Source of the DNA: Octopus sinensis
Taxonomy: Eukaryota
Length of the DNA: 64,000 nt
Assembly: GCF_006345805.1 (NCBI RefSeq)
Contig: NC_043010.1
Coordinates: 22,320,001 to 22,384,000 of the forward strand
Direction of reading: 5' to 3'
Shown here: positions 26,240-38,789 of the stretch, in pieces
Position numbering within the stretch: position 1 is the stretch's first letter
Layout of the letters: each line of letters opens with the position of its first letter
Notes under the pieces: model-generated
The model's database searches: none
What the model saw: the letters and a program-made list of their open reading frames with translations, nothing else
Told to the model about the DNA's origin: nothing
Translations under genes and position numbers: made by a program

Positions 26240-28949
26240 AGAAAATGAAGAAACTTACCTGATGACAGTTTATTCAAAGATATTCAAATCCATATGAAGA
26301 ACTCTGGTATAATCCGGACAACTAGGATGCTTACATCCCTTAAATTATTATAGGTCCTTGATGCAATTATGTACAGTAATACCTCGCCATATCCCGATTT
26401 CTTATTTAAAATTTCAGTGATTCCTCCATGGTCTTGTTTTGCATTTCTAATAAAATAAATATATACAAATCATAGAAATAATAATAGAATTATACAGTAC
26501 AGTACTGTTTCCACTTCGCAGATTTTCAACTATCGTATATGTGTATATGTATATGTGTATGTCTGTGTGGGTGGCTCAGTGTGTCCCTCAACCCCATTTG
26601 ACAACCAGTGCTGATGTTTTTGCGTCCCTGTAACCTGGCGGTTTGGCAAAAATAACCGATAGAATAAGTACCAGGCTTTAGAGCAAAAGTGTATTGAGGA
26701 TCGATTCATTTGATTAAAATATTTGTCAAAGCGGTGCCCCAGCATGGGCGCAGTTTAATATCTGAATCAAGTGAAAGATAAAAATTGGCAGTTGCAAAAA
26801 TTATAATAATTCTTATATTTATCACCTGATTGGAGGATTCGAGGTGGGTGGGGTAGGTGGGGGGTAATTATATGCGTCAGGAGGGAATCGAGCTCAAATG
26901 ACTCCCCCCATCCCGATGATAACTAGAAATCATCTTAATCTAATCCGATCTCCCGGTAAGTTGAACCCGGTTTCAAGATACCGGAAGTTACGTTGAATGG
27001 TAGCGAACCTGAAATCACTATACAGGGGTTTTTTTGGTTGAAGACACTTACCGAGTGCGCCATGCAGTAGAACTGAACTCGAAGCTATAAGATTCTTAAC
27101 CATATAGTGGCACTCCGTCGGTTACGACGACGAGTGTTCCAGTTGATCCGATCAACGGAACAGCCTGCTCATGAAATTAACGTGCAAGTGGCTGAGCACT
27201 CCACAGACACTGTACCCTTAACGCAGTGCACGGGGAGATTCAGCGTTACACAGAGTGTGACAAATCTGGCCCTTTGAAATACAGGTACAACAGAATCAGT
27301 AAGAAAGAGTGAGAGAAAGTTGTGGTGAAAAAGTACAGCAGGGTTCACCCCCCCCCCCCTGCCGGAGCATCGTGGAGCTTTATATGCTTTCGCTCAATAA
27401 ACACTCACAACGCCCAGTCTGGGAATCGAAACCGCGATCCAACGACCGCGATTCCGCTACCCTAACCACTTTAACCATATTTTCATACATGGAAACAGTT
27501 TAATTTTTGAACTAGAATTTATGATAATAAACATTTTCAAAGTATTTTTTCAAAGGTAACTTCTTTTCTACTACTAACGTAATAAACTCCATTAAAATTT
27601 CTCTGTCTTTTAATTGCACATTTATTCGCTATTATTCTGTTTCACAGAAACAGATATTTTGTGAATTCTATAAAACAAGCATTTATAATTATTATTTTTC
27701 CTACATCATATCTATAATCACACATTATAAAACACATAAATAAAAACTTTTATTGACACCCAGAAAAATTAATAACTTAAAATATTGTTACATTTTAAAC
27801 ATAAAAATGAAATCTTATTGCGGAATAAAAATATTTATGTATGCTTTTATTGAATTTATCCTGCGAGATCCTTGTGGTTGATGCAGTCTCACAAGTTTTT
27901 AAAATCCTGTACCATGTCCGTTACGGTCGAATAAAGATCACCTATTTAGAAGTTCTAAGCGATTGTGTGCTAGTAGGAAACACAGTCAGTTAAAACCTGG
28001 TTTCAATAGATAAGAAGTAGAAAAAGCAATGAAATATAACTTTACCTCCTACCAAAACAATTACAATTTCATAGCAGTTCCACCTACCTGTTCAGAAATT
28101 ATTGGGAAGCCATGATTAAAGTTATCTCGAGCAATATGATTACAATAAAACGCATTTCGGCTTTCTTGTTGTCTGATATTAAAATCTGCTGAATTTGTCT
28201 AAAAGGGGTCAACCGTCCACCTTAGAATGTTCATTTCTTTTACCCTAATTTCTATATCATTGAGCAGTTTCTTCAAGTGCTCAATCAAACCCTAAAATAC
28301 CATTCTCTTGCAGATCGTCCTCAATAGTAGCAAGAACTGAAACTGCATCATCTTACGCCCAATATTGATTCTAAATAAAGTTTTCCAAATAGAACATTAG
28401 GAGGCTCTTTGAAAATTAAAGGATTTGTATTTCTACCTTGTAGCTGTTTAGCAAATTTAGTTTTTCACATATATCTGTAAGGTAAAAAACGTCCCATTTG
28501 CTTGCTAGGAGTATCTTTTTTTACTCAGCTATTTACTATTCAGAAACATTACAACACCGTCTCAAAGTTCAACAAAATGACGCAGGCAATTACCTTTAGA
28601 GATTGTTATCGGTTTTATGAACTTCAAAGCTGTAACATAATACTTAATCCATCCAAGACCTTCCAATGCCAATTTGAAACATGATTGATCAATAATGAAT
28701 TATTACTGAAGCATCAAATCAATCTTTTTTCTTTTGCTCCCTCGATACTAAACTTAGGATATAGAAACAGCGTATGTGTTCATATGTGAGCATACGTGTA
28801 TGTGTCTGTATGTATGTTTTTGATTGTAAATTTTAAAGAATTTCAATACTAGAATCATTTTTGGAAAAACAATGATAATGGTGTGCCCCGCATTCATTGA
28901 ACCTGTATCCCTTAGTAATTACCAAATTTTTATTTTTGTACTACTAAAT

Positions 28950-29830
28950 TCTTTCTGGGGTCACTCTGAAGCCATATAGCTCGAGGGCACAATTCAATGC
29001 AAGTTTTGTCTTCTCAATCCTGAAATCTTGCAGTACCGCTTTTAAATATTTTCTGATTTCTCTTAGACACAACCACAACTTTAGCGACATTTTGGGTCCA
29101 CAGTTCCTTCACTCGTTGCAACCTTTAACTTGAATATTCTATCCTCTCTCTCCTGGGGTAACATTTATCCTTTTCTCTACTAAATTACCCTTATGCATGG
29201 TTCCAGCCCACATCTCATGTGAACATAGTCTACAACATCAAATAATCATTCTATGAGTAGAAACTGGTTAACCCATCGTTTTAAGGAGAATTTATTGGAT
29301 GTCTAACGATATTGGAAACGGATCACATAAATCTGTTGCCTATCATTTCTCTGCTCCACCATCATCTTTCAGTGGATCTCTTGCATCCGACTTCTTCGCG
29401 AACAACGGTTCACTTTCTGCATAACTGTAGCGGCTCACCGAAGTGTCATGAATCGATTAGCTTCCACCTTCTCCCACTCATCTACACACATGTACATCCA
29501 CTGATAAACGTTCACACATACACTTCATACAATCTATTGACACCACCCCTTCCAAATCCACGCATAAATAATGCTCGTTTCTTAATTCTTACGAAGACAT
29601 CTTGTTTTGCTAATATCACGTCCACTCACACATTCATGCCATTACGATGTTATTTCAAAGTCATTTCTGTCACAACTATTGTTACGACCATTTTGTCTAC
29701 CACCACCTTCCTCTTCAGCATAAACATTCACCATTCTTGCACTCTACCACACAGCGCATGGCCGACATTAACCGATGACTTAACACAGCTTATTCTATTT
29801 CAGACCAATGTACCTGTTTGTTTCTGATTT
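28950..29830 (+). pseudogene. Highly decayed PLE-like remnant
   Basis: Weak by-eye similarity to PLE RT and linker segments, pyrimidine-rich like the Neptune copy; no intact motif. Confidence 0.35.
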
Positions 29831-31215
29831 GTTCAATGTGCACTTGTATCCATATGCTGGTTCTTTAAGTCTTATGCATACATTTATTCTCCAACAGTAC
29901 ATCCGTTTTTCTATTGCAGATGTGTGGCTTGACAAATAACAATTTTCCGAAACGTAGACACCATGTATGTATGTATGTGTGTGTGTATGTATGTGCGTCT
30001 GTATGCATGTGTGTATATATGTATGTATGCATGTGCATATGTATGTGTGTAAGTGTGTATGTATTTATGTATGTATGTGTGTATGTATGTATGTATGTGT
30101 GAATGTATGTGCGTATGTAATGTATGTGTGTATGTATATGTGTATGTATGTATATGTATGTATGCATATATGTGTGTATGTATGCATGGACGCATGTATG
30201 TGTGTACGTATGTGTGTGTCTATGTATGCATTATGCATGTATGTGTGTATGCGTGTATGTGTGTATAGGTGAGATGTTGTAATTATAGTATTTCAGTGAC
30301 AGTGTCCATAACTGGTGCTGGTATACCAGAATATGATTGTACGGTAATAATAACAGCGGTGTGTAGTTTGTGGCATTTGTAACAGTAGTAGCAGTAGTAG
30401 TTGTTGTTGTTGCTGTTGTGAAAGGTTGAGAGATGTTCAAAGGTGCGTGCGGGTTAATGGTTGTAGTGATGGCGGTGATAGTGACGGTCGTGTGTGTGTG
30501 GGGGGGGGCCGTCAGGTGATTATGCTCATGGTGTTATAGTAAATAGTGTAAGGAAGTGTGAATGCGCGTGGCCTAGTGGTTAGTATGTTGCATCCGAAAT
30601 CGGAAGAGCATCATTTCGATTCCCAGACGAGTGGTGCGTTGTGTTCTTGATGCATAAAAAAAAGACAACTTGTTAATTCATTTCATGTTCCTGCAATCCA
30701 CTCGGCTGTAAAGGGACACCCCAGTCCCGATGGATTGGCGTCTCCTCGATGAAACACGACCTATCCACCAAGCTCAGTGGAATGCTATCATTTAAAGTCA
30801 ACAACAAACAACAATGCGACGAAGCGCAACGTGACCAGCGGTGCATAACTACATTCGATAATCTGGTCGTTGTTGTGATACAGTGATAATAGAAGCATGC
30901 TCTCAACACTACGGATGGTATAAGGTGGTGTGATGGTAGAAGCGTTAGCAAACGGAGGAAAGAATGCTAAGCAGCATTTCGCCCGTCTTTACGTTTTGAG
31001 TTGAAATGCGACCGAGGTCTAACTTAACGTATTTTTTTCTTTCCAAGTCGATTAAAGAAATACCATCTGAGTACTAAGCTCGATTTAATCGACATTCCCC
31101 TTTCCCGAAATTCCTGGCCTTGAGAGAAAATTAGAAAGCAATAACTTGATAATACTGTAGACTTAGAATTTTGATGTAAGTGATAACAGTATGGTACTGG
31201 AGGTGGTACTATAGT

Positions 31216-31742
31216 GACTGGTCACCTCCTCCAAAATTTCGGGCCTTGTGTCTTGAGTAGAAAAGAATATAAAGGATTTATATTATTATCAGTATTATTA
31301 TTGTTGTTATTGTTGTTGTTGTCCGCCGAGGTCGACTTTGCTTTCATCCTTTCGGAGTCGATAAATTAAGTACCAGTTGTGTACTGGAGTCGACCAAATC
31401 GACTGGTCACCGCCTCCAAAATTTCTAGCCTTGTGCTTTGACTAGAAAAGAATATAAAGGATTTTTATTATTATCATTAATATTATTATTGTTGTTGTTG
31501 TTGTTGTCCGCCAAGATCGACTTTGCTTTTCATCCTTTCGAAGTCGATAAAATAAGTACCAGTTGTGTACTGGAGTCGACCAAATCGACTGGTCACCGCC
31601 TCCAAAATTTGAGCTTTGTGCTTTGACTAGAAAAGAATATAAAGGATTTTTATTATCATTAATATTATTATTGTTGTTGTTGTTGTCCACCAAGGTCGAC
31701 TTTGCTTTCATCCTTTCGAAATCGATAAAATAAGTACCAGTT
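31216..31742 (+). repeat. ~186-bp tandem array (about 2.8 units) derived from family-2 SINE 3' half
   Basis: gactggtcacc starts at 31216, 31401, 31587; units near identical. Confidence 0.9.
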
Positions 31743-32370
31743 GGCAGTATTTCGCCCAACACTATGTTCTGAGTTCAAATTCCTCTGAGGATAACTTTGC
31801 CTTTCATACATTCGCGGTCGATAAATTAAGCACCGGTGAAACACTGGGGAACAATGTAATTGCCCAGTCTCCGCCCCACAAATTTCAGGCCTTGTGCCTA
31901 CAGTAGAAAGTATTATTGTCAAAGCGGCGATGTGGCAGAAATGTTAGCGCACCGGACAAGATTCTACGCGGCATTTCATCAGTCGATACATTCTGAGTTC
32001 ATATTCAGCCGAGGTCAACCTTGCCTTTAATCTTTTCGGGGTCGAAGAAATGAGTACCAGTTACGTACTGGAGTCAATGTAATCGACTTAATACCTTCCT
32101 GAAAAAAATAACAGTGCATGTGCCAGTAGTAGAAAGGTTTGTAATTGTTGTTATTGTTGGCCCACGTGGTGTCGGTGTTTGTCTTTCGTCTTTTCATTTG
32201 TTTCAGTCATTGGACTGCGGCCATGCTGGGGCACGTCTTTGAAAAACATTAGTCGACCGAATCGACCCCTGTACTTATTTTTAAGCCAGATACTTATTCT
32301 TTTGTCGTCTTTTAACGAAGCGCTAAGTCACAAGCTGCGGTGGGAGACAAACTCAGACACAAAGACACGC

Positions 32371-32418
<48 letters not shown>

Positions 32419-32475
32419 GTATATATGTATGTATGTATGTATATATATATATATATTATATATATATATATATAT

Positions 32476-32518
<43 letters not shown>

Positions 32519-32521
<3 letters not shown>

Positions 32522-32647
32522 GGTGTCCCCAAAAAATGTATACACATAGTGGTTCGGCAAAAGAGAATGATAGAATAAGTAGGCTTACAAAGAATAACAA
32601 ATTTACAATTATTTAAGGTGTGTATACATTTTGGGGGGGACACCCTG
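32519..32647. mobile_element. 129-bp Tc1/mariner-type MITE
   Basis: TIRs CAGGGTGTCCCC..AAAATGTATACAC; inserted in (TA)n. Confidence 0.85.
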
Positions 32648-32693
32648 AATATATGTATATGTATGTATGTATATATATATATATATATATATA

Positions 32694-32731
<38 letters not shown>

Positions 32732-32744
32732 TATACATACATAC

Positions 32745-32809
<65 letters not shown>

Positions 32810-33309
32810 TATATAGGTTATAAGAACAAACACGCACACATACGCAAATGGAGCCTGAAACATATGACCATATATATACACACACTTTACTTCACACAAG
32901 GGACACATATGGAGACAGGTCCACACATATAGAGATGCACACACATACATGCATATATACATATGCATACACACACATGCATACATACATACACACATAC
33001 ATACGTACAATCATGCATGCATAGGTACACACACACACACACACACACACTGACCCACGCACATGCGCACAAACAAACAAAAAGGAACGAAGTATAAATA
33101 AAGGACAGAGTCAAGACTATGGAAAAGGTTGCAAGACGCAACGAGAATTTTAGGAAAATAAAAATAAGAAGTAAGTGAAAATTTTACCGGTGAGTGTGTT
33201 AAAGTATAAGACACAAAAAGAAAATGACTTTCCCCAAACAGAACAGAATATGCTTTAACACACGAACTCATATCAGGAATCTTGCAAACCAAATTAAAAA
33301 CGAAATATA

Positions 33310-33515
33310 TTTATACATGTATATATATAGGGAGGGTTTACGAAAAAACAAAAGACGAAGACAGGTGGTGTACTAAACAAACAGATGTATTAGTATAACG
33401 CTCAGGAATAGAAAAGTCTTTTATGTTTCGAGCCTACGCTCTTCTACAGAAAGGGACACAGAAAAAACAAGGAGGGAAAAAAATGTGTGTAGTGGTTAAC
33501 GATCTATCATGGCGA
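33310..33515 (-). mobile_element. Solo pLTR-like unit with hammerhead-like motif (33418-33453)
   Basis: Minus strand CTTT-CTGTAGA-A-GAGC(gtag)GCTC-GAA-ACAT-A-AAAG; flanks similar to 17620-17848; in (TA)n. Confidence 0.7.
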
Positions 33516-33577
33516 CTGTGTATATATATATATATATTATATATATATAAAGCAGGATTTATTCGCGTTCAGAGTTG

Positions 33578-33648
<71 letters not shown>

Positions 33649-34029
33649 GTGTGCGTGTTTGTGCAAATTTGTGTCTTTGTGTGTGTATGTCTTTGTGTGT
33701 GAGTTTCTGTGCGTTTTTGTGTGTGGGGGAGGGTTGGTGGGTGTGTGTATGCATGTATCCGTAAGCATCCTACAGCGAATCCGAGCTTAAAATAGCTGCA
33801 AAATTGTCTACGAACAATGCTAACTCAGCAGTATTGTGGAAGGTCAGTTCTGCAGCCAACACAAGCACCCCCCAGCCCTCCCGTCTCTCGCCCTAAAACA
33901 CAGGAAATGCACAGAGACTTCCGGTCTTGCAAAATACTGGAAGGAACATTAAGTCACTGGATTAATTGCAGTTAATTCTTCACTCGACTATGGTTCGCTA
34001 ATGCAACGGTAGCCTCAGGTTTGCGTTGC

Positions 34030-34033
34030 TACG

Positions 34034-34065
<32 letters not shown>

Positions 34066-34490
34066 GGTGATGTGGTTAGAGTAGTTGCTATTTTGGTGGG
34101 GTACAAGAGAAATGTTGGCAGTTGTATAACCTTTGGTGATGGCAATAATGTTTTGTATTAGTAGCGGTGGTGGTGTTGGTGGTGTTGGTTGAGGAAGTTG
34201 TAGTAGAAGTAGCAGTGGTAGTGTTGCTGTTGGCGGTCGTGGTGGTGTTGGTGGTGATGCTAGTGTTGAATATAGTTGTAGTAGCGGTGCTAGTGATAGC
34301 GGTGGGGAGTTGTGTTTGCAATAGCTGTGGTGATGGAAGGTGGTATTGTAGTAGGAGTAGTTGTGATGGTGGTGGGGATGGGTGTTGTGATGGTAATATT
34401 AAGGGTGGTGGTGGTGGTGGTGCTAGTTGGTGCAGGTAGGGATAGTAGAATTGGCGTTGATCGTGGAAGGGTTGTGTGGGTTGTGGTGGC

Positions 34491-34521
<31 letters not shown>

Positions 34522-34631
34522 ATGATGGTGGTGGAGGTAGTGGTGGAACTAGTAGCGGTGATAGGGGAAGTGGTAATAGTAGGAGTGGTGGTACTTGTTG
34601 TCCTTGAAGCAGCAGCAGCAGTAGCAGTGGC

Positions 34632-34684
<53 letters not shown>

Positions 34685-34700
34685 CGGTGGTAGCGAGAGT
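34030..34700. repeat. (GTA/GTG)n low-complexity tract
   Basis: Degenerate trinucleotide repeats. Confidence 0.9.
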
Positions 34701-37042
34701 CGAATTGATGTTAGCATTATAGATATTGTTTTCACCATCCTTGTTTTCAGTTTAAGCACAAAAACAGCAGTTTTGAGGGGAGGGTTAGGACCTGTTCAGG
34801 ATTAGGTTTGAGTTTAGTCAATACAATTGACCCCTGTTCTTCGACAAATGCTAAAAATCCATTCCAAGAAAACTAACCAAAATTTGACGCGGATGGAATT
34901 TAAACCCAGAACGTAAAAAGCCAGAACTCTTTGTGTTCAAATCTACTTAGAACATTAACCCATTGATGGATACAGCTGATTTTTTTTAAAAACTGGAATA
35001 TAGATTTTAATTAATCCTTTTACCCCTTCTTAGCTGTCAGATCTTTCTCGGTAGCCTCCTCTTCCGATGTAGTCTTAGTTGACGTATAGCGTGGAGAATT
35101 TAAACCTGCGGGAGCAGCCCCTTTTCGAGGTCTGGTGCAACCGATTTCTTCCACAGAGAGATGGAAACGGAAGAAAAGGTGGTAGAAGGGAAGAATTGTC
35201 AACGCTTAAGGGACACTTTATCGGTCCCGAAAGCAGGAAAAATCGACATTCCTGGCATTCAGACCGCAGACAGCTGGAATAGATAACAAGAAGACTTGTA
35301 TCCGATGCTTTAACTAATCTTTCAATATGCTGTCTGTAAAAGTTCTAAAAATGGTTGTCCAAACGTGAGAACAAGGTGCCCTCTGAACTGTGCGCTTGTG
35401 CGCTCGCACACGTTTTACAAATTGCACACAAAAGGTTTTAAAGATGAATTAGAATTTATTTAATTGAAGATATTTTTCGTTTAATTTCATAATAAAATCG
35501 TAATTCACATTTAAAATTGCTTTGGAATTAGCTTAGAATGCCAGTATGGCATTTGAGCGACGGTTATTCAAATGGATGCGCTCATGTTTACAAAGAATGA
35601 TAAAAACTGCACACAGCGGACACGTTTTTGTACACTTCTATAGCAAAAGTGAAGAAGGGACGTTACTTATGACCCTTCTAATGTAATGAGTTACCAACAT
35701 TCATAAGTTCTTATTAAAAATCGAAACCGTGGCAAAGAAATATGATTTGCATAGAGAATTGTTCAAAAGTACGTGAACACAAGATATTCACTTCATGTAT
35801 TTCTATTAATTTCTTATAAATTCGAGAGATTTGGCTGTTATTTCTTGCTGGTCGAGTGACAGTGCAGAGGCTCTTTCACTGACTCGTTTAGCTGTGAGCA
35901 TAATGGTTGGGTGGATGGATGACTGTAAAATGGATGCTGCTTGAAGAAATGGACATTAATAATTCATAATTTGAGTTATTAGCTGACTTTTTTAAAATAC
36001 ATTCATCATTAATATTCATTTTTAGCTGAAACTTAATCACCTATTAAATTATGCACACTGATATTCAGAATAAGTAAGAGAGTGCAAACGACCGTAGGAA
36101 TGTAATGTGGTTAAGGAGCAACGTATGGGAAGTGTAGAATAGCGGTCAAAGCACTAGTGAACTGTACGTGTTTATGAGCTTGTGTGTGTATGTATGTATA
36201 TGTACATATGTGTGTTTGTGCACACACACATACAAACGCATACACACACACTCACACACGCAAACAAACAAGCAGAAACACGCATTTCAATTTTAATCCA
36301 CAATTAATTTCATTCTATTATCTGCGGGTTTTATAGAGATAACGGTTTTTAAGTCTTCAAAGCTTATGAAGCAGATAAATAATATAGAGGGAAATATATT
36401 CTATGTTCTTTAACGAATTCAACTTTATAGCAACCATAGCAGAGTGAATTTCTCAGCCAGAACACTTAATCTTCACATCAATAAATTCCAACGTACGTCA
36501 AGCTAAAAGATTTAAAGCTACTCAGAGATCACAATATAAATCTAGATATACTTCAGAATGGAAGTCATAAGATTTAGTCGACAGGTGTACTGGCTTCGTC
36601 ATGGATAGAAAAACATACGGTGAGTACGAACAAGTATATACACACACACACACACACACGCAAGCATGCACGCACGCGCGCACGCACACACACACACACA
36701 CACACACCACACACACACACATGCTTTCAGATAATAATTTCTGTACAGCGATATGTAGAAATACCAGATCGCCGTTGAATGTTCCCGAATTCCCTGCTGC
36801 GTACGAATATAACACGACTGGGTTTTAGTAGATTTATTCTTGTGCATATGTCTCTATGCGCATGACAAGAAAACACCGAAAAATGTTCGTGAAATGGTTT
36901 GTAAAGTTTCATAAACTGCAGAGTGTTTCATGACTTTTATTTTTATCGTCACACATTTAATATTTCTTTGGTGATCTGCATAACAAAATGTTCCCTATGC
37001 TGACAGTGAGACAGTATAATGTTATATATTTTGTTAAACAAG

Positions 37043-37144
<102 letters not shown>

Positions 37145-37147
37145 GCT

Positions 37148-37300
37148 CAGGCGCAGGAGTGGATCTGTGGTAAGTAGCTTGCTTACCAACCACATGGTTC
37201 CGGGTTCAGTCCGACTGCGTGGTACCTTCGGCAAGTGTCTTCTACTATAACCTCGGGCCGACCAAAGCCTTTGGTAGACGGAAACTGAAAGAAGCCCGTC

Positions 37301-37339
<39 letters not shown>

Positions 37340-37565
37340 TATAATTATACGTGTGTCTTTTGTCTGTGTTTGATTTCCCACCATTGCTTGACAACCGTTG
37401 TCGGTGTGTTTACATCTCTGTAACTTAGGTGTTCTGGTAAGGGACCGATAGAATAACTACTAGGCTTATAGAGAATAAACCCTAGGGTCGATTTATTCGA
37501 CTAAGATCATTTAAGGCGGTGCTCCTGCATGGTCGCATTCAAATGACTGAAACAAGGAAAAGAAT
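37148..37565 (+). mobile_element. Family-1 SINE, full length
   Basis: ggcgcaggagtggatctgtggtaagtagc...aaatgactgaaacaagg. Confidence 0.9.
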
Positions 37566-38789
37566 ATATATATATATATATTCTTTTCCTTGTTTCAGTC
37601 ATTTGAATGCGGCCATATATATATACATGTTTATGTACGTGAGCACCTTACCATGTTCTTATCTGTGCACACTCTACTATGACCTGTTGTAAAAATCTAT
37701 GCTACCGTACCCTATTAAACTCCGCATCCTCCACCATATGCTTACATTATTTCAACACAAGGTTAACTTCCCGTAAAAGTACAGCACCGAAACTTAAAGA
37801 CATTAATCTCTCACATATTAACCTTTCGCTAATCTATCGACCTCCATCCTGAAACTAGAGACATCTAATCAGGCATCTTATTTGGATCAAAATACCAAAC
37901 ATTAAATCGGTGAATTTCAGTTCTTGTAACAATATTTTGTTGTTTTACACAATGGCATCGAAAAATAGGTTTATAAAAACCACCGGAAATATTATGTATA
38001 TTTGATACGGCAAAGTACATATTGATATATTTCTCAAAGATTGACTCTTAACACAGCTTACAATGTTGTCGGCGTTGTTGCTAAGCGTCGAACAGTCAAA
38101 TGGGATTACATTGTCTTGTGACATATTGATGTCCGACACTCGTGAGACGCTGCAGAAATTCCCCAGTGCCACTATGGGGTTTGTCATTCCAACATGCGTA
38201 GTTTTATGACGACCTATATTTCAATGCTTCTGTGTTAATTTCCCCAACACCACCACCAATACCACTCCTATTCCCACGCCGACGACTTCAATTGCTTCTT
38301 CATATAGTCATTATAACAATACTTGGTCGTGGATAGAATTATTGTGGCTGTGTCGATGTATGTTTGTGTACGTACATGGGTTAAGTCTATGTGCGCGTGT
38401 GTGTGTACGTACTGTATGTGTGTGTGTTCAATTAATAATAGTCATGATCTTCACAAAATATTTTTTATTGGCCTACAATTATTATTACTTTTTCCCCTGT
38501 AGATTAAATTTCTTCATTACGGGTTGCAAAAAAAACGTTGATAATTGTATGTCGTACAATTGTAACTGTTGCGACGGCCCCATACTCCTCTTTCATCTCA
38601 CACATTTATGCGAAACGTGTAAATTAGCCGAATGGATATAAAATTTAATAAAAATCAAAAATTGAAATACAGACGAAAAATATTTTTTTATATTTCTTCT
38701 TCCAAGAACTGCTTTCTAAATTCATTTTCAGTTCAATTTTACTAAAGAGTTTTTAATTCTTAGTGTGTATATTAGCAGTCCAGGAATGA

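Noticed and set aside
26911-26955. Hammerhead-like CCGATGA-T-AACTAGA..TCTAATC motif
   Set aside because: Stem II imperfect and GAAA core absent; too degenerate to call.
31216-31742. Possible CRISPR-like array
   Set aside because: Whole units repeat without unique spacers; eukaryotic SINE-derived.
34088-34759. 223-aa Pro/Thr/Leu-rich mucin-like ORF
   Set aside because: Degenerate (GTA/GTG)n low-complexity tract; no splice or domain support.
37945-38187. 80-aa minus-strand ORF with hydrophobic C-terminus
   Set aside because: No acceptor polypyrimidine tract or recognisable domain.
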